A stretch of 63,859 bases of DNA, filler included, from Octopus bimaculoides (lineage: Eukaryota), in the NCBI RefSeq assembly GCF_001194135.2. It is 5 parts of 5 records of this genome, joined end to end, with 100 filler letters (N's around TTAATTAATTAA, not from the genome) between each part and the next. Parts side by side here need not be neighbours in the genome. Positions count along the whole stretch, not along the records: positions 1 to 14,291 come from NC_068981.1; 4 more parts are not named here. The stretch is one strand, 5' to 3'. Shown here piece by piece: positions 1-14,205 of the stretch (position 1 is its first letter; each line of letters begins with the position of its first letter). A model generated the notes under the pieces. That model was not told where the DNA came from. It searched no databases and saw only the letters and a program-made list of their open reading frames with translations. The translations under genes and the position numbers were made by a program.

Positions 1-55
<55 letters not shown>

Positions 56-296
56 TGAGCTTCTTTCAGTTGCCGTCTACCAGATCCATTCACGGTGAGA
101 TTAAGTAGAAATTGATTAACTAGATCAGGTATGGGCGACCATTTTCGAGAAGCGGGTCCCATGAATAATGACTTATCATCAGGCGAGTTGAAAACTGAAA
201 ATAATTTTTACGTTAGGCGTGCCACTCAGACAGTCCGGCGGTCCACAGGTTGTTCACGATTGATTTAGATGGCATTTCTTTCTTTTACTTTATTTA

Positions 297-636
297 TTTT
301 ACTTGTTTCAGTCATTTGACTGCGGCTATGCTGGAGCACCATCCTAGAGTGTTTTAGTCGAACAAATCGATACCAGGACTTATTTTAAAGCCTAGTACTT
401 ATTCCGTCGGTTTCTTTTGTCAAACCGCTAAGTTACGGGGGCGTAAACACACCAACACCAGTTGTCAGGTGGTGGTGGGAGGACAAACATAGACACAAAG
501 ATACACACACACGACGGGCTTCTTTCAGCTTCCGTCTACCAAATCCACTCACAAATCTCGAGGCTGTAGAAGACACTTTCCCAAGGTGCCACGCTGTGGG
601 ACTGAACTCGGAACCATGTGGTTGGGAAGTAAGCTT
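297..636 (-). mobile_element. tRNA-derived SINE, family B (CORE-like body)
   Basis: Matches the copies at 24700 and 57530 (ggcaccttgggcaagtgtctt, gtggatttggtagacggaa, cagtcaaatgactgaaacaagt). Confidence 0.8.
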
Positions 637-644
637 CTTATTTC

Positions 645-868
645 TTTATTGCCCACAGGGGGCGAAACATAGAGGGGACAAACAAGGACAGACAAAGAGA
701 TTAAGGCGATTACATCGACCCCAGTGTGTAACTGGTACTTAATTTATCGACCCCGAAAGGATGAAAGGCAAAGTCGACCTCGGCAGAATTTGACCTTAGA
801 ACGTAACGGCAGACGAAATACCGCTAAGCATTTCGCCCGGCGTGCTAACGTTTCTGCCAGCTCACCGC
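645..868 (-). mobile_element. tRNA-derived SINE, family A
   Basis: gcggtgagctggcagaa...gtcgactttgcctttcatcctttcggggtcgataaattaagtaccag, with more than 10 copies in this window. Confidence 0.85.
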
Positions 869-1339
869 TGGCTTCTTACCACACAGCCACACCTGTAGTC
901 TAAAATTTAACCATGCAGTGGTTTAGTGTTGTTTCGTTGGTGATATGACAATAGTGATAATAGTAGCTTAGTGGTTTATTGTTAACGACGAATAGAAAGA
1001 CGATTAACGGAGCAGTAAAGAGACGCACTATCATTTCATGTAAAGCAAGCAAACTGCAGACGACGAGTAAATTAAATTCTCCAATTACACACAGCGCATA
1101 GTTTAAAGTTTTAGCCGCTAATCGATAGAGTCGGCACATAGAACTGTAAGATTCCTGAATGTCAGCATCGTTTAACAATATGATTAATTCAGTTTAACAT
1201 GGACTTTGCTAAATCTTATTCACTTCTATATGGATTTATTAACTCTGGCAATCACTTCTCTTTAATTTTTTATTATCGTTATTTATCTGATTTTTATTTA
1301 TTTATTTCCTCCTTTCTAATCCTTCGAAGCCATATGTGT

Positions 1340-1434
1340 GAATTATTACCATTATTATTATTATTATTACCATTATTATTATTATTATTATTATTATCAT
1401 CATCATCATCATCATCATCTTCATCATTATCAGC

Positions 1435-1502
<68 letters not shown>

Positions 1503-1557
1503 CATCATCCTCATCATCATTATCATCAGCGTTATTATTATTATTATTATTATTATT

Positions 1558-1593
<36 letters not shown>

Positions 1594-1615
1594 ATTATTA
1601 TTATTATTATTATAA
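1340..1615. repeat. Compound (ATT)n/(CAT)n/(GTT)n microsatellite
   Basis: Direct reading. Confidence 0.95.
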
Positions 1616-2281
1616 CTAGCAGGATCCATAGAAATTCTACATTTTTATAAATGTTTTTTTCTTTATATTATTATTTTGATAACATTATTTATGTTAAAGA
1701 TTTTTATGACAATGAGCTTAGACAATGGACTGCAATTATTGAAGAATTACGAGTCAGATAACTTATCATATTCAGAACATTTTATTAAACATTATGCATA
1801 ACTTCAGCGGAAGTATATTTAATCAAAAATATTCGAAAACCGATCAGCTAATAAAATTTTGTTATTTTGGTGTTTACCTTAGGATTTTATTGTACAAAAT
1901 ATTTAGCCGAGAACCTCAAAGTTTACAATGTTTTTGTTAAGTCTTTCCTTGCAATTTCCCTTTTTTTTTCTTTTTGCCTGTATGTTCTGTATATCCGATG
2001 ATTTTTTGAATTCTGGAGTTTCCTGATTGAACGATAGCTGCGAGGAAGTTGTTCTTACTTGATTGAAAGTAAGGCCTACTTGCACTTTTTTTTTATAGTC
2101 AAGTCAGATAACGTTGTGGAAATTGGATCATTTTTTAATTTTAAATGGTTAATTTGTATCACTTGGTACCGTCCTAATTCGTCATTCCTACACAATTTTC
2201 CCCACCGACTTCGTTTCCTCATAACTTTTAGAAAAATACATTTTTTAAAATAAAATTTTCTACAAAAACGCTTCAGATAAT

Positions 2282-2739
2282 GTAGATTTCGATTATATAT
2301 TTTTTACCGAAGGTGGAGTGAGGAGTTTCGGAAAATTCATACGAGTCGGCTTTGTTTCCTCATATCCGGAATATATCGGTATTTAATATGAATGTATGGA
2401 ATATGTCGGTATTGAATATGAAAAAGAAAATTGATAGATTCGTACATAAACATACTGACACACGTCACGATTTTTTTGAAATTTCAAGTTTCATTTTGTA
2501 GATATAGGTGATGCGTGTCATTATGCATGTATACGAGCCCACCAATTTTTTCACATTAAAGTCCGATGTAATCGTAATTTACACACTCTGATAAGTATTT
2601 GTACAAAATTTCATAAAAAAATTACCCATGTTCTGAAAGTTATGAGAAAACAAAGCTAACTCATGTGAATTCTCCAAAACTTCTCACTTCACCATCGAAA
2701 AAATATTTCACCACAACTTCCGATATAATCGAAATCTAC
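2282..2739. mobile_element. Diverged foldback/MITE-like element
   Basis: Arms 2282-2363 and 2642-2739 are imperfect reverse complements (gtagatttcgattatat ... ctttgttt(c/t)ctcat). Confidence 0.5.
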
Positions 2740-2859
2740 TTCGGTGGAATTTAAACTCAGAACGTAAAGACAAACGAAATAGCACTAAGTATTTTGCCCG
2801 ACGACTTAAAGATTCTACCAGTCACCGCCTTTCGTCGCCCCAATAATACATGCAATAAT

Positions 2860-3053
2860 CCTTTCTACTATAGGCACAAGGCCTAAAATGTGGGGGAGGG
2901 AACTAGTTGATTACATCGACCCAGTGTTTCACTGGTACCTAATTTATCGATTGCGAAAGGATGAAAAGCAAAGACGACCTCGGAGGAATTTGAACTCAGA
3001 ACGTAAAGACGGATGAAATACCGCCAAGCATTTTGCCCGGTGTGCTAACACTT
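2860..3053 (-). mobile_element. SINE family A (plus a partial copy at 2738-2830)
   Basis: Same diagnostic body sequence. Confidence 0.8.
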
Positions 3054-3699
3054 CCCGTGGCCCTAATTATATATGGAATAATAACTACTATTTAATAAAA
3101 GTCATTAAGTATTACCGTATTTTGTAGTAGAACTACCTCCATGTCACTGATACCACTTCACATTGATAGAATATTATCGGTCAGACCTTGAGCAATCTTT
3201 TTGGTTTAATACTAATAATTCTGAGCAATTGATGGAGCTTTATAATTCCTTTTACAAACCGCATTATGAATCGTATTGAGGACTTTTGCTATGTGTATAA
3301 ACCTTTAGTTGCGACACATATCGCAATACCAATCGGATTCTTTTTGTGTGATGTGGAGCGTTCGAAACAATTTAAATGAGGTGCGGCTTTTTCGCCTACC
3401 GCCACAAAAGAAATTCTGTTTGAAATGTAAATATACCGATGAATCTTAAAATGTGTCTTTTACTAATTTAAAGGATCTTAGGTCTATGACGAAAATTCGT
3501 TAATAATACATAATATTATATATAAAAAAAGAGAGGTATAATAAATATGCGAATAATACAATATATGTGAGCATTAATATCTATTGGAATAAAATTATGT
3601 TTATATGTATGTAAGCATTCACTACCAAAAAGTGCTTACAAACCATTTGATGGATTCTGTGGTTACATTCTAAATTATCCGTATGAATGTACGCACAAA

Positions 3700-4510
3700 C
3701 AAAATCACAAATTAAACTTCAGTGAGAGTGAATGTGACAACATAAAGAAGTCTAAAAAATTATTAAAAAATAACAGTCAAAACCACTGATAAAGGAGATG
3801 AAGTAGTTCTGAAGGATAAAGAATACTACAAAAATCTTGAGTTATCTATGTTAGAAGACAATATATCCAATAAAACTACAATCAATAAAAATAGGATATC
3901 AAAAAAAGGTAAACTGAAGAGGATTGACCGACAAAGTATACCACTCTATTACAAAATTTTAAATGTAAATCTTGGTTTTTCAATGGCATGTCAAAAATTC
4001 ACAAAAATGAAAACATACGTGGATTATGTAAAGCAACTACGGGTATTTACATTAATGTTTTCTCGCCAAATAATCTGAAATTCAGACCAGTAATAGCTGG
4101 TCCAGCGTGTGAAACTCACCGTCTGGATAACTTTTTAGACATTCTTCTCAAATCATTTCTCAAACATATGATAGACGATTTATATATGCTGAATTACCTT
4201 TTAAATACAGTCATGAAAAAAATTCTGTTTGTATCTTTCGACGTAGTGAATCTTTATAAAAATATCCCCCATAACTTAAAATTGAAATCACTTCATTGTG
4301 GTTGGATAGTTATGCAGCTGAACTACCATAACGCATAGAAAAAGAATTAACCATAGAAGGACTAAAACTCATTCTAGAGAATAACTATCTTATGCTTAAT
4401 GACTACTTTTACTGATAAAAATTCGGGGCCACAATGGGGACAAAAGCAGCCCCATCCGTTGCAAATTTGGGTTGTCAAACGATTACTCTGTACCAGAAAA
4501 TTACTGTAAA
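3700..4510 (+). mobile_element. Degenerate Penelope-like element reverse transcriptase
   Basis: Frameshifted motifs KTTDKGDEVVL, GMSKIHK, FRPVIAGP, SFDVVNLYKNIPH and GATMGTKAAPSVANL. Confidence 0.85.
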
Positions 4511-5118
4511 AACTTGAAGACTCTTTCTTACTCCCATTCATGCTACTGAGGGAGAGGGAAAAAACTCTCTCACCACATCTACGACTTCAATCATTTTAAC
4601 CACTACTATTACAGCTGTTGCTTAAACTGTCGTTGCTGCTATTATTGCGTCTACTTGTGAGGCTGATACAGCAACTACTTCTGCGATTACTACCATTGCT
4701 GTTACTATCACTGCCACTACCCCTGTACAACCTCTCCCATCATTACGAACCACTACTTATTATCAATATTGTCAGAAAGAACAATCGACTGCTGTCACTG
4801 GTACTAATACTATTATGACCTACCAATCATTAAAAGGAGACTAACGACCTTTACCATGTGAATTTTGTAAGAAAACATCTGAACTTTCAAAACTGCTATC
4901 ATAAAACAATAATTTAATTCAATTTATTTTCTCTTTTCTTATTGGAAGACTAAATAGTCTTAAACAATTCTGACTGGTAGCATATTCTGATGAGTGTGTA
5001 TGTATTTTACTCCTTTCATTCATGATAAAGTTGTCAAAGCATTTTCTCCTTTTTTTTTAAATATATATGTATGTGTGTACGTGTGCGTGTGTGCGTGTGC
5101 GTGTGCGTGTATGCATAT

Positions 5119-5162
<44 letters not shown>

Positions 5163-5695
5163 ATAATACGTACACATTACACATATGTATATACACATAC
5201 TACTTATATATTTCATGTTTATATATAATACAAATATATAAGATATACATTATATAAAATACATGCATATATATATATAAATAATGCAAATTTATAAAAT
5301 ATACATACAAGCACACACACGCGCGAGCACATACACACATATAATACGAATATATAAAATATATATACATATATAAAATACATACGTACATGTATATGTG
5401 TATATATATATATATATATAATACACATATTTATAATACACATATCTATACATGCGCACATATATATGTAAGTGTCTATACGTACACATGTATACAATTG
5501 ATTACATCTTGTACTCTGATGATCTGGGGATCAGTTATTGTTGGACTTTAGATAAAACATCTTGCAAGTCATAAGTAACCTTTGAAATAAAAATAACTTA
5601 CCAGCATCCAAACTCGTGGACTCCATTCTTTAATTTGCAAACATCTTAGCCGTATAACTAAACAAATCCCCACCAGCACCAGCACCAGCACCAGC

Positions 5696-5759
<64 letters not shown>

Positions 5760-5769
5760 AGTAGCCATC

Positions 5770-7620
5770 ATCGAGACTAGAATTTCTGATTTGTGAGTTC
5801 CCCGCTCACAACTGGGGCCAAGAAACCAGATTTCTTTGGGCGTTTGGAGTGTTTCCTGGGAACATCCTGCGCCTTAGTCCCTGAGGGAGATTAAAATAGT
5901 TTCTTGGATGCACAATTGACTGTGTGTTGCTACCTGATAGAAAACGGATGATGCAAAAGCCTCACAAATCTACTTAGAGGTTTCCAATTATCTGACAGGC
6001 AACGACTGGATTTCCCGAATGTGTCAATGTAGATATGGACTAACCGCACCGAGTAATTCAGATCGTATTTAGATAGAGTATTCTACAGACCAGTAGATAG
6101 GGATATCGTAGGTTGTCCACAATTCAAAATTGTCCTTTACACAGGCCACAAGTTTGTGATTTGTACTGTCGACCCAGATAGGGTCTGTAGGCAGGAACTC
6201 TGTTACTGGAAGCTGTACCTGTCGCTTCCAGCGCACCAAGCTTATAGGAACCGGTTTAGCAGAATAGTTAAGCAGTCGTTGACGGGGGCAACAGTCAATA
6301 ACAAATTGTGTTACGCTTGGAAAATTGGGATTAAAGTAGAACCAATAAAATTTAGTAAGGAAATAACGATATAAAAAATAGACTAGAGGGAGATCTAGTC
6401 TGAAACATAAAGAGGAGAACTCAGAAAAGGCATCACAGTCAATGTGTTTGAGGTGAAATTGGTCTTTGGCCAATTCTTGAACTTCAAGGACGAAGGCTGC
6501 GTTGTTAGAGATAAGACGTGAGCTCTAAGAAACGAAAGAGCGAAAGACATCTACTGCATCCGAGTGGCAATGTAGCAACAAAGCCACTGTTCGATCTTTG
6601 ATGGACCTTGATGTGTGTTTGTTACTCGGAACAGAGATGTAAATGGTTTTTCAGCAGCACTTCGATCGGGTCGGGTAGCGGGCCGGATCTTAAAATGAAC
6701 TTCAGTGCCACGTCTCGCAGTGAGAGAAGCGTTATATTATGGAATGCTTATAGCAGCTGCAGAAATACGAATGCAATGATTGGCTACACGGTGAGCAAAT
6801 CGCCTGGTTTGGATGATCTACTCTATCAGCTTTACTTTTACATGCCAGACTTGTTTGGAGACCTTTTAGTAAACGTTTACTGCAACTGGCAACGGAACAG
6901 GAGTATCCTCAGTTTTGCGAGTCGAGGAGGAGCGGAATTGCTGAGAAAGGAACCAAACAGGAAGGTTTACAATAATAATATTCGGTCTATGATTTAGAAG
7001 CTTTATCCAATGTATTAACGAAAAGGATGGCACATTTTTGCGCCATCCCGAATAGATCTATTCACGACAGCCTCCATTTCATGCGATACATCATAGAGAG
7101 GATGGGTAAAGAAGCTGGCATGGGACCCTCTTCAATTTAGATCAAAAGTATTCGATAGTGTTGACTACCAATATTTGGTTGTTGACTTTATCGAAGTTTT
7201 GTTCATGTCTTTCGTGGACCGATCGCTGCAATGTATAGCAAAATCTGCGCAATGGTTAGGATGAATAAGTACCAATAAGAGCCTTTCAGTTTCATGTGCT
7301 CGGTCCGTCAATGTTATCCAATCTCGTCTCTTCTGTATGTACTGATTGTAGAGCAGCTACTGTGAAAACTAGAGACGTTAAGCTATATCCCACGCAAAGT
7401 AGGATTCAGAAGGAACGTGTCGGCATATACGCACAAGCCCGTGATAGTGTCGAGTACAAAGCACACCGAGGTGATCCACACCTGAAGGGAGTGACTTGAA
7501 GGGAGTACGAGACCGTGACAGGAGCAAATGTAAAAGACTTCTGACCGAACTGGAGCACCTTATTTTCCGCTTTCTGTGGAGGGTGCATGCACCACTTGCT
7601 AGGTGCTCTATTTGATGTCA
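5770..7620 (+). mobile_element. Degenerate L1/Tx1-type LINE (endonuclease end + RT)
   Basis: SYLDRVF...YTDHKFV (APE end), YWKLYLSL, KSPGLDDLLYQLY, AFDSVD-like and GPS/QG.PLS-like motifs, with many stops and frameshifts. Confidence 0.8.
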
Positions 7621-7720
7621 ACACCCACTAAATGGAGGAGAAGGCTTGCATCGCTAATGATTGATGATGATGGTGAGGATGATGATGGTGATGATGATGA
7701 TGGTGATGATGATGATGATA

Positions 7721-7931
7721 GTTTCAAATTTTGGTACAAGGCCAGCAATTTCAGAAGAAGGCGTAAGTCGATTACATCAACCCCAGTGCTCAACTGGTAT
7801 TTATTTTATCGACTCCGAAAGTATGAAAGACAATGTCGACCTCGGCGGAATTTGAACTTAGAACATTAAGACGGACGAAATGCTGTTAAGCATTTTGCCC
7901 GGCGTGCTAACGATTCTCCCAGTTCGCAGCC
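7721..7931 (-). mobile_element. SINE family A
   Basis: Same diagnostic body, flanked by (GAT)n and (AAT)n. Confidence 0.8.
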
Positions 7932-7932
7932 C

Positions 7933-7999
<67 letters not shown>

Positions 8000-8420
8000 G
8001 GTTCTTTATGAATCAGTAAGAGTAGAAAAAAAACATTGTGGACAGTACAGATCAATCAATACAAGGTGGGTGTTACATGAAGGAGCGAGTAGAAAAATAG
8101 AATAACAGTAAAAATAAGTTTCAACAATGAATAATTCTTCAAACGAAGAAAAGTTCCGAAGGTTATGCGTGGAAATCCCATATAAACATGGTCACTCTGA
8201 CCATTAAAGCAACTGCTTACTCGCTTTTGTCTTCTTTCAGTCCACAAGCTCATACTCCTAGTAAGCCTGTTCGCTCGGACCATACTCACCACTATCATCC
8301 ATCTCTCAACAAATTTTCAGGGAAGCAGCATTTCTCCCTCTACCCTCACTTTCTTCTTCAAATGAAACTCGAAAGAGTTGATGAAAACTTGACAAAAGAA
8401 AAAGGTGTCTATCTTCAGCG

Positions 8421-8580
8421 CTTTCAATATTCTGCCTCTTTACGTTCCGAGTTCAAATTTCGCCGAGGTCAACTTTTCCTTTCGTTCTTACAGGGTCAAT
8501 AAAAAAAAGTAGCAGTAAAGTACTGAGGTCGATGTAATCTACTCTCAAACTTACTGGTCTTGTGCCGAAATTAGAAAGTG
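8421..8580 (+). mobile_element. SINE family A, partial
   Basis: cgttccgagttcaaatttcgccgaggtcaac... Confidence 0.65.
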
Positions 8581-9609
8581 TGTGTGTGTGTGTGTGTGTG
8601 TTTGTGAAAGATGTTGCATGTGTAGTTTAATATCTGAAAGTAAATGCAAACGTGTTTGTACTGACAAGTAGTTTCATATGCATTTTCGTCTGTTTCCAAA
8701 GATTCATTGCTAAAATGATTCGNNNNNNNNNNNNNNNNNNNNNNNNNNNNNNNNNNNNNNNNNNNNNNTATATATATATGTATCTATATATCCATATATA
8801 CATAGATATGTATGTATGTATAGATGTGTGTGTCTGTGTGTGTGTGCATGAATATATACACCTATATATGCACTCATACTCGTACATAAGAATATATATA
8901 CACACACATATAATGTGTGTGCATGTAGACACACACACACTCATATATATACATACATATATATATTCATATTCATATATATATTTATGTATACATACAC
9001 ACATATACATATAGTATGAGTTTCTATGTTTGTACATGTAAGGTTGTGTACGTGCGCGCATATGTGTGTGTGTGTGTGTGTGTGCGTGCGTGTGCTTGCG
9101 TGCATATGTGTGATNNNNNNNNNNATATATATATATATGTATCTATATATCCATATATACATAGATATGTATGTATGTATAGATGTGTGTGTCTGTGTGT
9201 GTGTGCATGAATATATACACCTATATATGCACTCATACTCGTACATAAGAATATATATACACACACATATAATGTGTGTGCATGTAGACACACACACACT
9301 CATATATATACATACATATATATATTCATATTCATATATATATTTATGTATACATACACACATATACATATAGTATGAGTTTCTATGTTTGTACATGTAA
9401 GGTTGTGTACGTGCGCGCATATGTGTGTGTGTGTGTGTGTGTGCGTGCGTGTGCTTGCGTGCATATGTGTGATTATAAGTGTATCGATAGAGATCGGGCG
9501 AAATTTGATTTAGTCATGTGTGAATTAAAGTTTGGGGAGTTGTACATGGAATGTAGCATAGAGGTCGGTTGCTGGTGGTGGTGGTGGTGGTAGCCTTTCG
9601 ATAAGACTG

Positions 9610-10096
9610 ATAGAAAGAGGGAGTTTGTTATGTGAAGGAGGAGAGGATAAGAAAGGATACAGAGAAAGAGAGAAAGAAGAAGGGGAGCGAGAGAGTGAGG
9701 AGAGTCTGGAAGAGAGATTGAAATAGAGGAGGTAGTTGGAGAAAGGTTAGGGGAAACATCTTAAGAGAATCTGACTGAGCGGAGGTGGATTAGGGGAGGT
9801 GTCAATGGATAAAGTAAATGTAAATTAGTATAGGAGATAGTGAAACAAAAATAAAAGAGAGGGAGGGAAGGAGGGAAGGGGGAGGGAGAGAGAAATTAAG
9901 AAGTAAGAGAGAAGGAGAGGAAAGGATTGGAAGAAGAGAAGAAGGGAAAAGAGATTGGTAAAACTAGAGACGGGGGATAAAAATAGTAAGGTTGAAAACA
10001 GGGATGTATAAAGGTGAGGATGGCGGCCAAAGAAAGAAAATGTGCAAAAGAATGAGAAGTGTAGGAATGGATATTTGAGAGAGAGGGAGAGAGAGG

Positions 10097-10150
<54 letters not shown>

Positions 10151-10268
10151 GGGAGAGAGAGGGAGAGAGAGCGCGAGGAAAGAGAATTGGTGAGCTTGAT
10201 ATAGAAAGATGGACAGATATAAGAATCAAGGTAGAGAATTATATGATATATATACCCACGTGTATACC

Positions 10269-10337
<69 letters not shown>

Positions 10338-10345
10338 TAACATAC
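9610..10345. repeat. Purine-rich tract with (GA)n then (TA)n
   Basis: Strong A/G strand bias and pure dinucleotide runs. Confidence 0.9.
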
Positions 10346-10844
10346 ACACAAAGAAAAATATATATACATATATATTTACGTATGTATGTATATGTACATA
10401 TTACATATACACGCACCCACACGCCCTCACTCACAGACACGCACTACTAACTCACCCACTTACACACCTAAACGAAGAAGCCAAAAAGCAAGAATGGAAA
10501 AGAAAACGAAAAAAGTTTTCGGGAGAGGTGGATGTGTACATAGATGAAGTGAGTGTACGGTTGAGTGTACGGTTGAGTGTACGGTTGAGTGTACGAGTGT
10601 GGTGGTGGTGGTGGTATAGGTGGTAGTGGTGTAGGTGGTAGTGGTGTAAGATGCTAGGTCAGTGAATCAGTGATATACGATGGTGATATATAAGGAAGCA
10701 ACACAGTTAATTATGCAACTGCAATCCTATTAGCAGCAGGCTGACTTGACGCTAGCGACACCTGCCGACACTGTAATTCAATGATTGTAGAAGGTGAGTG
10801 AAAACTTAATTAGCAGCCAGAAAATCAAGGTCTAACTGAAGGAG

Positions 10845-10856
10845 AACAACAACAAT

Positions 10857-10903
<47 letters not shown>

Positions 10904-11270
10904 AAAATATATAAACAGTAACAACAACAACAACAGTAGTAATAGTAACGCTAACAACAACAGCAGTGGTAAACAACAGCGGCGACAGCAGTGGTGGCGA
11001 CAACAACAACAAACTAAAATAACAACACAACATCAGCAGCGGAGGCAGCAGCAAACAACAACAACAACCACAACAAATACATAAACGATAGCAACAACAA
11101 CTACAGCAGCAGCAGCAGCAGCAATTGCCACGGCAGCAGTAGCAGTAGCAGCAGCAGCAACAAACAAGAATAACAACACACTGTCAGCAGCAGAGGCAAC
11201 GGCAAATAACAAGAACAAGAATAATAACAACAACAAGTATAATTATAACAACAACAAAAACAACAAAAAT
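10845..11270. repeat. Compound (AAC)n/(CAG)n microsatellite
   Basis: Direct reading. Confidence 0.9.
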
Positions 11271-11274
11271 AATC

Positions 11275-11488
11275 CTGTCTTCTATAGGCACAAGGCCTGA
11301 AATTTTGGCGGAGGGGGATAGTCGATTTCATCGACCCCAGTGCGTAACTGGTATTTATTTTATCGATCCTGAGAGGATGAAAGGCAATGTCAGCCGCGGC
11401 AGAATTTGAACTGAGAACGTAAAACCGGACGAAATGTCGGTAAGCATTTTGCCCGGCGTGCTAACGATTCTGCCAGGTCGTCGCCCTC
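11275..11488 (-). mobile_element. SINE family A
   Basis: Same diagnostic body. Confidence 0.8.
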
Positions 11489-11869
11489 AGTAAGAACAAG
11501 AACAAAAACAACAAAGACGACTGTGACAACATTAACAACACTAGCAACCACGCAACAACAAAAAAACAAAAAAAAAACAAACAAACCGTAAGAAAGAACT
11601 TATAAACCATGAGTAGAGTTATAGCTACAACAATAACGGAAACCAATGAACGTTAGCATCACCGTCAACAACGTCGTCGTCCTCCTCCACCGCCTCTCCC
11701 TCCTCCCCTCCTTCCTCTCCTCCTTCTCCTCTTCCAACAACAACAAAGACAACAAACAACAACTGCATACATCCAAGACTAGGATTTCCGAAGCACGAGC
11801 ATTCGTGCTCATCTAATGACCTGCGGTCGTTGAGCAGGTGCCATGAGTCCAAGTCCACCCCAGGCTATG

Positions 11870-13075
11870 TGTATACACATAACCTATTCTGAGTACGGCT
11901 CAAGAGGGGACAAAACGAGAAGCAACTTATTTCTGTGAATGGACAGGTGTTCTGTCCTTCCGGATGTTTGTGGTTGTTACCTCAGGCATTTCTTTATTGA
12001 GTATTTCATTTATATTCCCCCAGGAAATCGCCCATTCCCTTGGTATATTTTGTTTACAGTTTCTTATAAGTTTCTTGTATTATTCTTATAGTTTTTATAT
12101 GAGCTCGGGTGTTACGTGGGCTGTGTGATATATTCATTACGAGTAATGTTTGTATATCACTGTATATGTTTTATTAAGTCCTTGTTTGTATATATGGCTG
12201 TGTTGTTGATGTTGCTTTGTATTTGTTCGGTTTCGAGATAGGATTCTTGTAGTTGGAGCGGATTGAGTTGTGTTTTCGTTTGTTGTTGCTTGTAATATCG
12301 GTGGCGTTTCTAGCGTTGGCGATATTCGTGGTTATGTTGGGACGTGAGTGTAATTGTCACGCGGTTTCAGTGTCTGCTCTATGTCTGGTTTGACTGGTGC
12401 CAGTGGAATCCCTTTAGGTTGTGGTAATAGTATCTGCTGCTGCTCGTGTGGAGTGTGTTTCTCTTGTTTGTTCCTTTCGTATCCGCCTTTCTTATTAGCT
12501 AATCCCAAGTGGTTCCGTCATGTATCCAAAATGGCATTCCAGTCATTCACTAACACTAAGAGCAGGATGTTCTTAAGAAGACCCCAGCACGCAGGAAGAA
12601 CTCTACCCCGCACCTGATGGGGTGTAGATGGCTACTAAACTGAAGGTATGGCCTTTGCTGATGGCCATATTTCAGACCAACCAGCCAACCAACCAACCAG
12701 CCAACCAACCAACCAGCCAACTTGCCTTTTAGGTCCAAGATGTCTTGTAACGCACGACCTTGACCTTTCCGGAAGAACATAGCGACTCCACCTCCCGATC
12801 CCTGTTGACTTGGAGAAATAAATGGAAGATGCGGACGCCTCGTAGCCATCAAAAATCATGGCTTCGCTGATAACCACCACATATATCTAGTAACCTGAAG
12901 GCGATGAGATGGTGGAATTGCTTCTAGTGTGAACATGTGCATGTACAGTCTATTCTGAGTAAGACCTTGTATGATTAAAGGACGAAAGGGAGAAGGACCA
13001 CTTACGTTATTCCTGTGGAAGGACAGGTGTCCCGTTCTTCCAGATAGTTGTAGTTTTCACGAGTAAGTCGTTGTA
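11870..13075 (-). mobile_element. Cluster of decayed non-LTR retroelement remnants with two related segments (about 11880-11990 and 12945-13065)
   Basis: Both segments share ctattctgagta and ggacaggtgt...cttcc(g/a)gat. The intervening minus strand has a weak endonuclease-like LQESYL motif. Confidence 0.35.
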
Positions 13076-13266
13076 TAGTCAATTTGCAGAATTCTTAGCA
13101 CCTTGGACAAAAGGCTTACCGATATTTCTTCTGTTATTTTATGTTCTGCGTTCAAATTCCACGGAGGTCGATTGTCTTTCATCCTTCAGGGTCGATAAAA
13201 TGAGTACCAGTTGAGCTCTGTGGTCGATGAATAGCTCAAGATGGGGCGAGGTATGTCTTTGATGTA

Positions 13267-13309
<43 letters not shown>

Positions 13310-13473
13310 TTTCGTTCTCGGCAAAAAAAAGCGAGAGGCTGAACGATAGGTGAGAGTGGCGAACTTGGTCCGACTGAACTGGCTTCTTTTGAGAATGTTT
13401 CTGTCGGGAAACAACAAATGAGTACACATGCCTTTGGTACTCAGGTTTTGGGAGGTTTTCTTACAGCTGAAGG

Positions 13474-13533
13474 AAATTACCCAATAGAATAGGGTCAGCT
13501 TCTACAAGCTGACCCTACTCTATTGGGTAATTT
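13474..13533. repeat. 28-bp inverted repeat with a 4-nt loop
   Basis: aaattacccaatagaatagggtcagctt-ctac-aagctgaccctactctattgggtaattt, with one mismatch. Confidence 0.9.
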
Positions 13534-13943
13534 TATTAGGTGTAATTTTCTATCATTAATTGTTTTACGTAATTTCTTTTTACACGCTTCTCTGTACATT
13601 CTGAAAACTGATTTGTATCTCACCCGTTTGTGCTGTTCCTCCTTGTCATTGGACAATTTTTACCAATAGAGAAGCAATTATCATTGGTTTCTTCTGAATT
13701 TAGCTTCTGGATTCAAATGAAACGAATAGGAGTGATAGCAACGAATAGGAGTAATAGGGTGGTAGCAAAGAGGGACAGAGATAGGAGAGGGTTGTATGGA
13801 AACAGAAATCGAAGAGGAACAGTGATAGAAATGACAAAGTGGTAACGAATCGATAAAATAAGTACCATATAATCGACTTACCCCTTCCCCTAAATTGCTG
13901 GCCTTGTGCTAAAATGTGAAACCATTATTATTATCATCACCAC

Positions 13944-13986
<43 letters not shown>

Positions 13987-13997
13987 GTTGTTATTAA

Positions 13998-14205
13998 GGC
14001 GGCGAGCTGGCAGAATCGTTAGTAGACGAAATGCTTAGCAATATTTCGCCCGTCGCTACGTTCTGAGTTCAAATTCTTCCGAGATCGACTTTGTCTTCCG
14101 TCTTTTCGAGGTCGATAAATTAAGTACCAGTGAAACACTGGGCCGATGTAATCGACTCATCCCCTCCCCCAAAATGGCTGCCCTTGCGGCAAAATTTGAA
14201 ACCAT
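13998..14205 (+). mobile_element. SINE family A
   Basis: ggcggcgagctggcagaatcgttag... full length. Confidence 0.8.

Noticed and set aside
1199-1629. Poly-Asn/Leu/Tyr ORFs and the many HT/YI/CV-repeat or X-filled ORFs throughout the track
   Set aside because: They are translations of microsatellites or N gaps.
4983-5020. CTGATGAG...ACTC downstream of the Penelope RT, a possible hammerhead
   Set aside because: The required GAAA box after stem II is absent (ctttc), so it is at best a dead relic.
8769-9472. ~345-bp perfect tandem duplication
   Set aside because: The two copies are separated by a 10-N gap and appear identical, which is typical of an unmerged contig overlap.
9860-9890. G-quadruplex-like GGG runs in the purine tract
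   Set aside because: Expected by chance in GA-rich low-complexity DNA, with no functional context.
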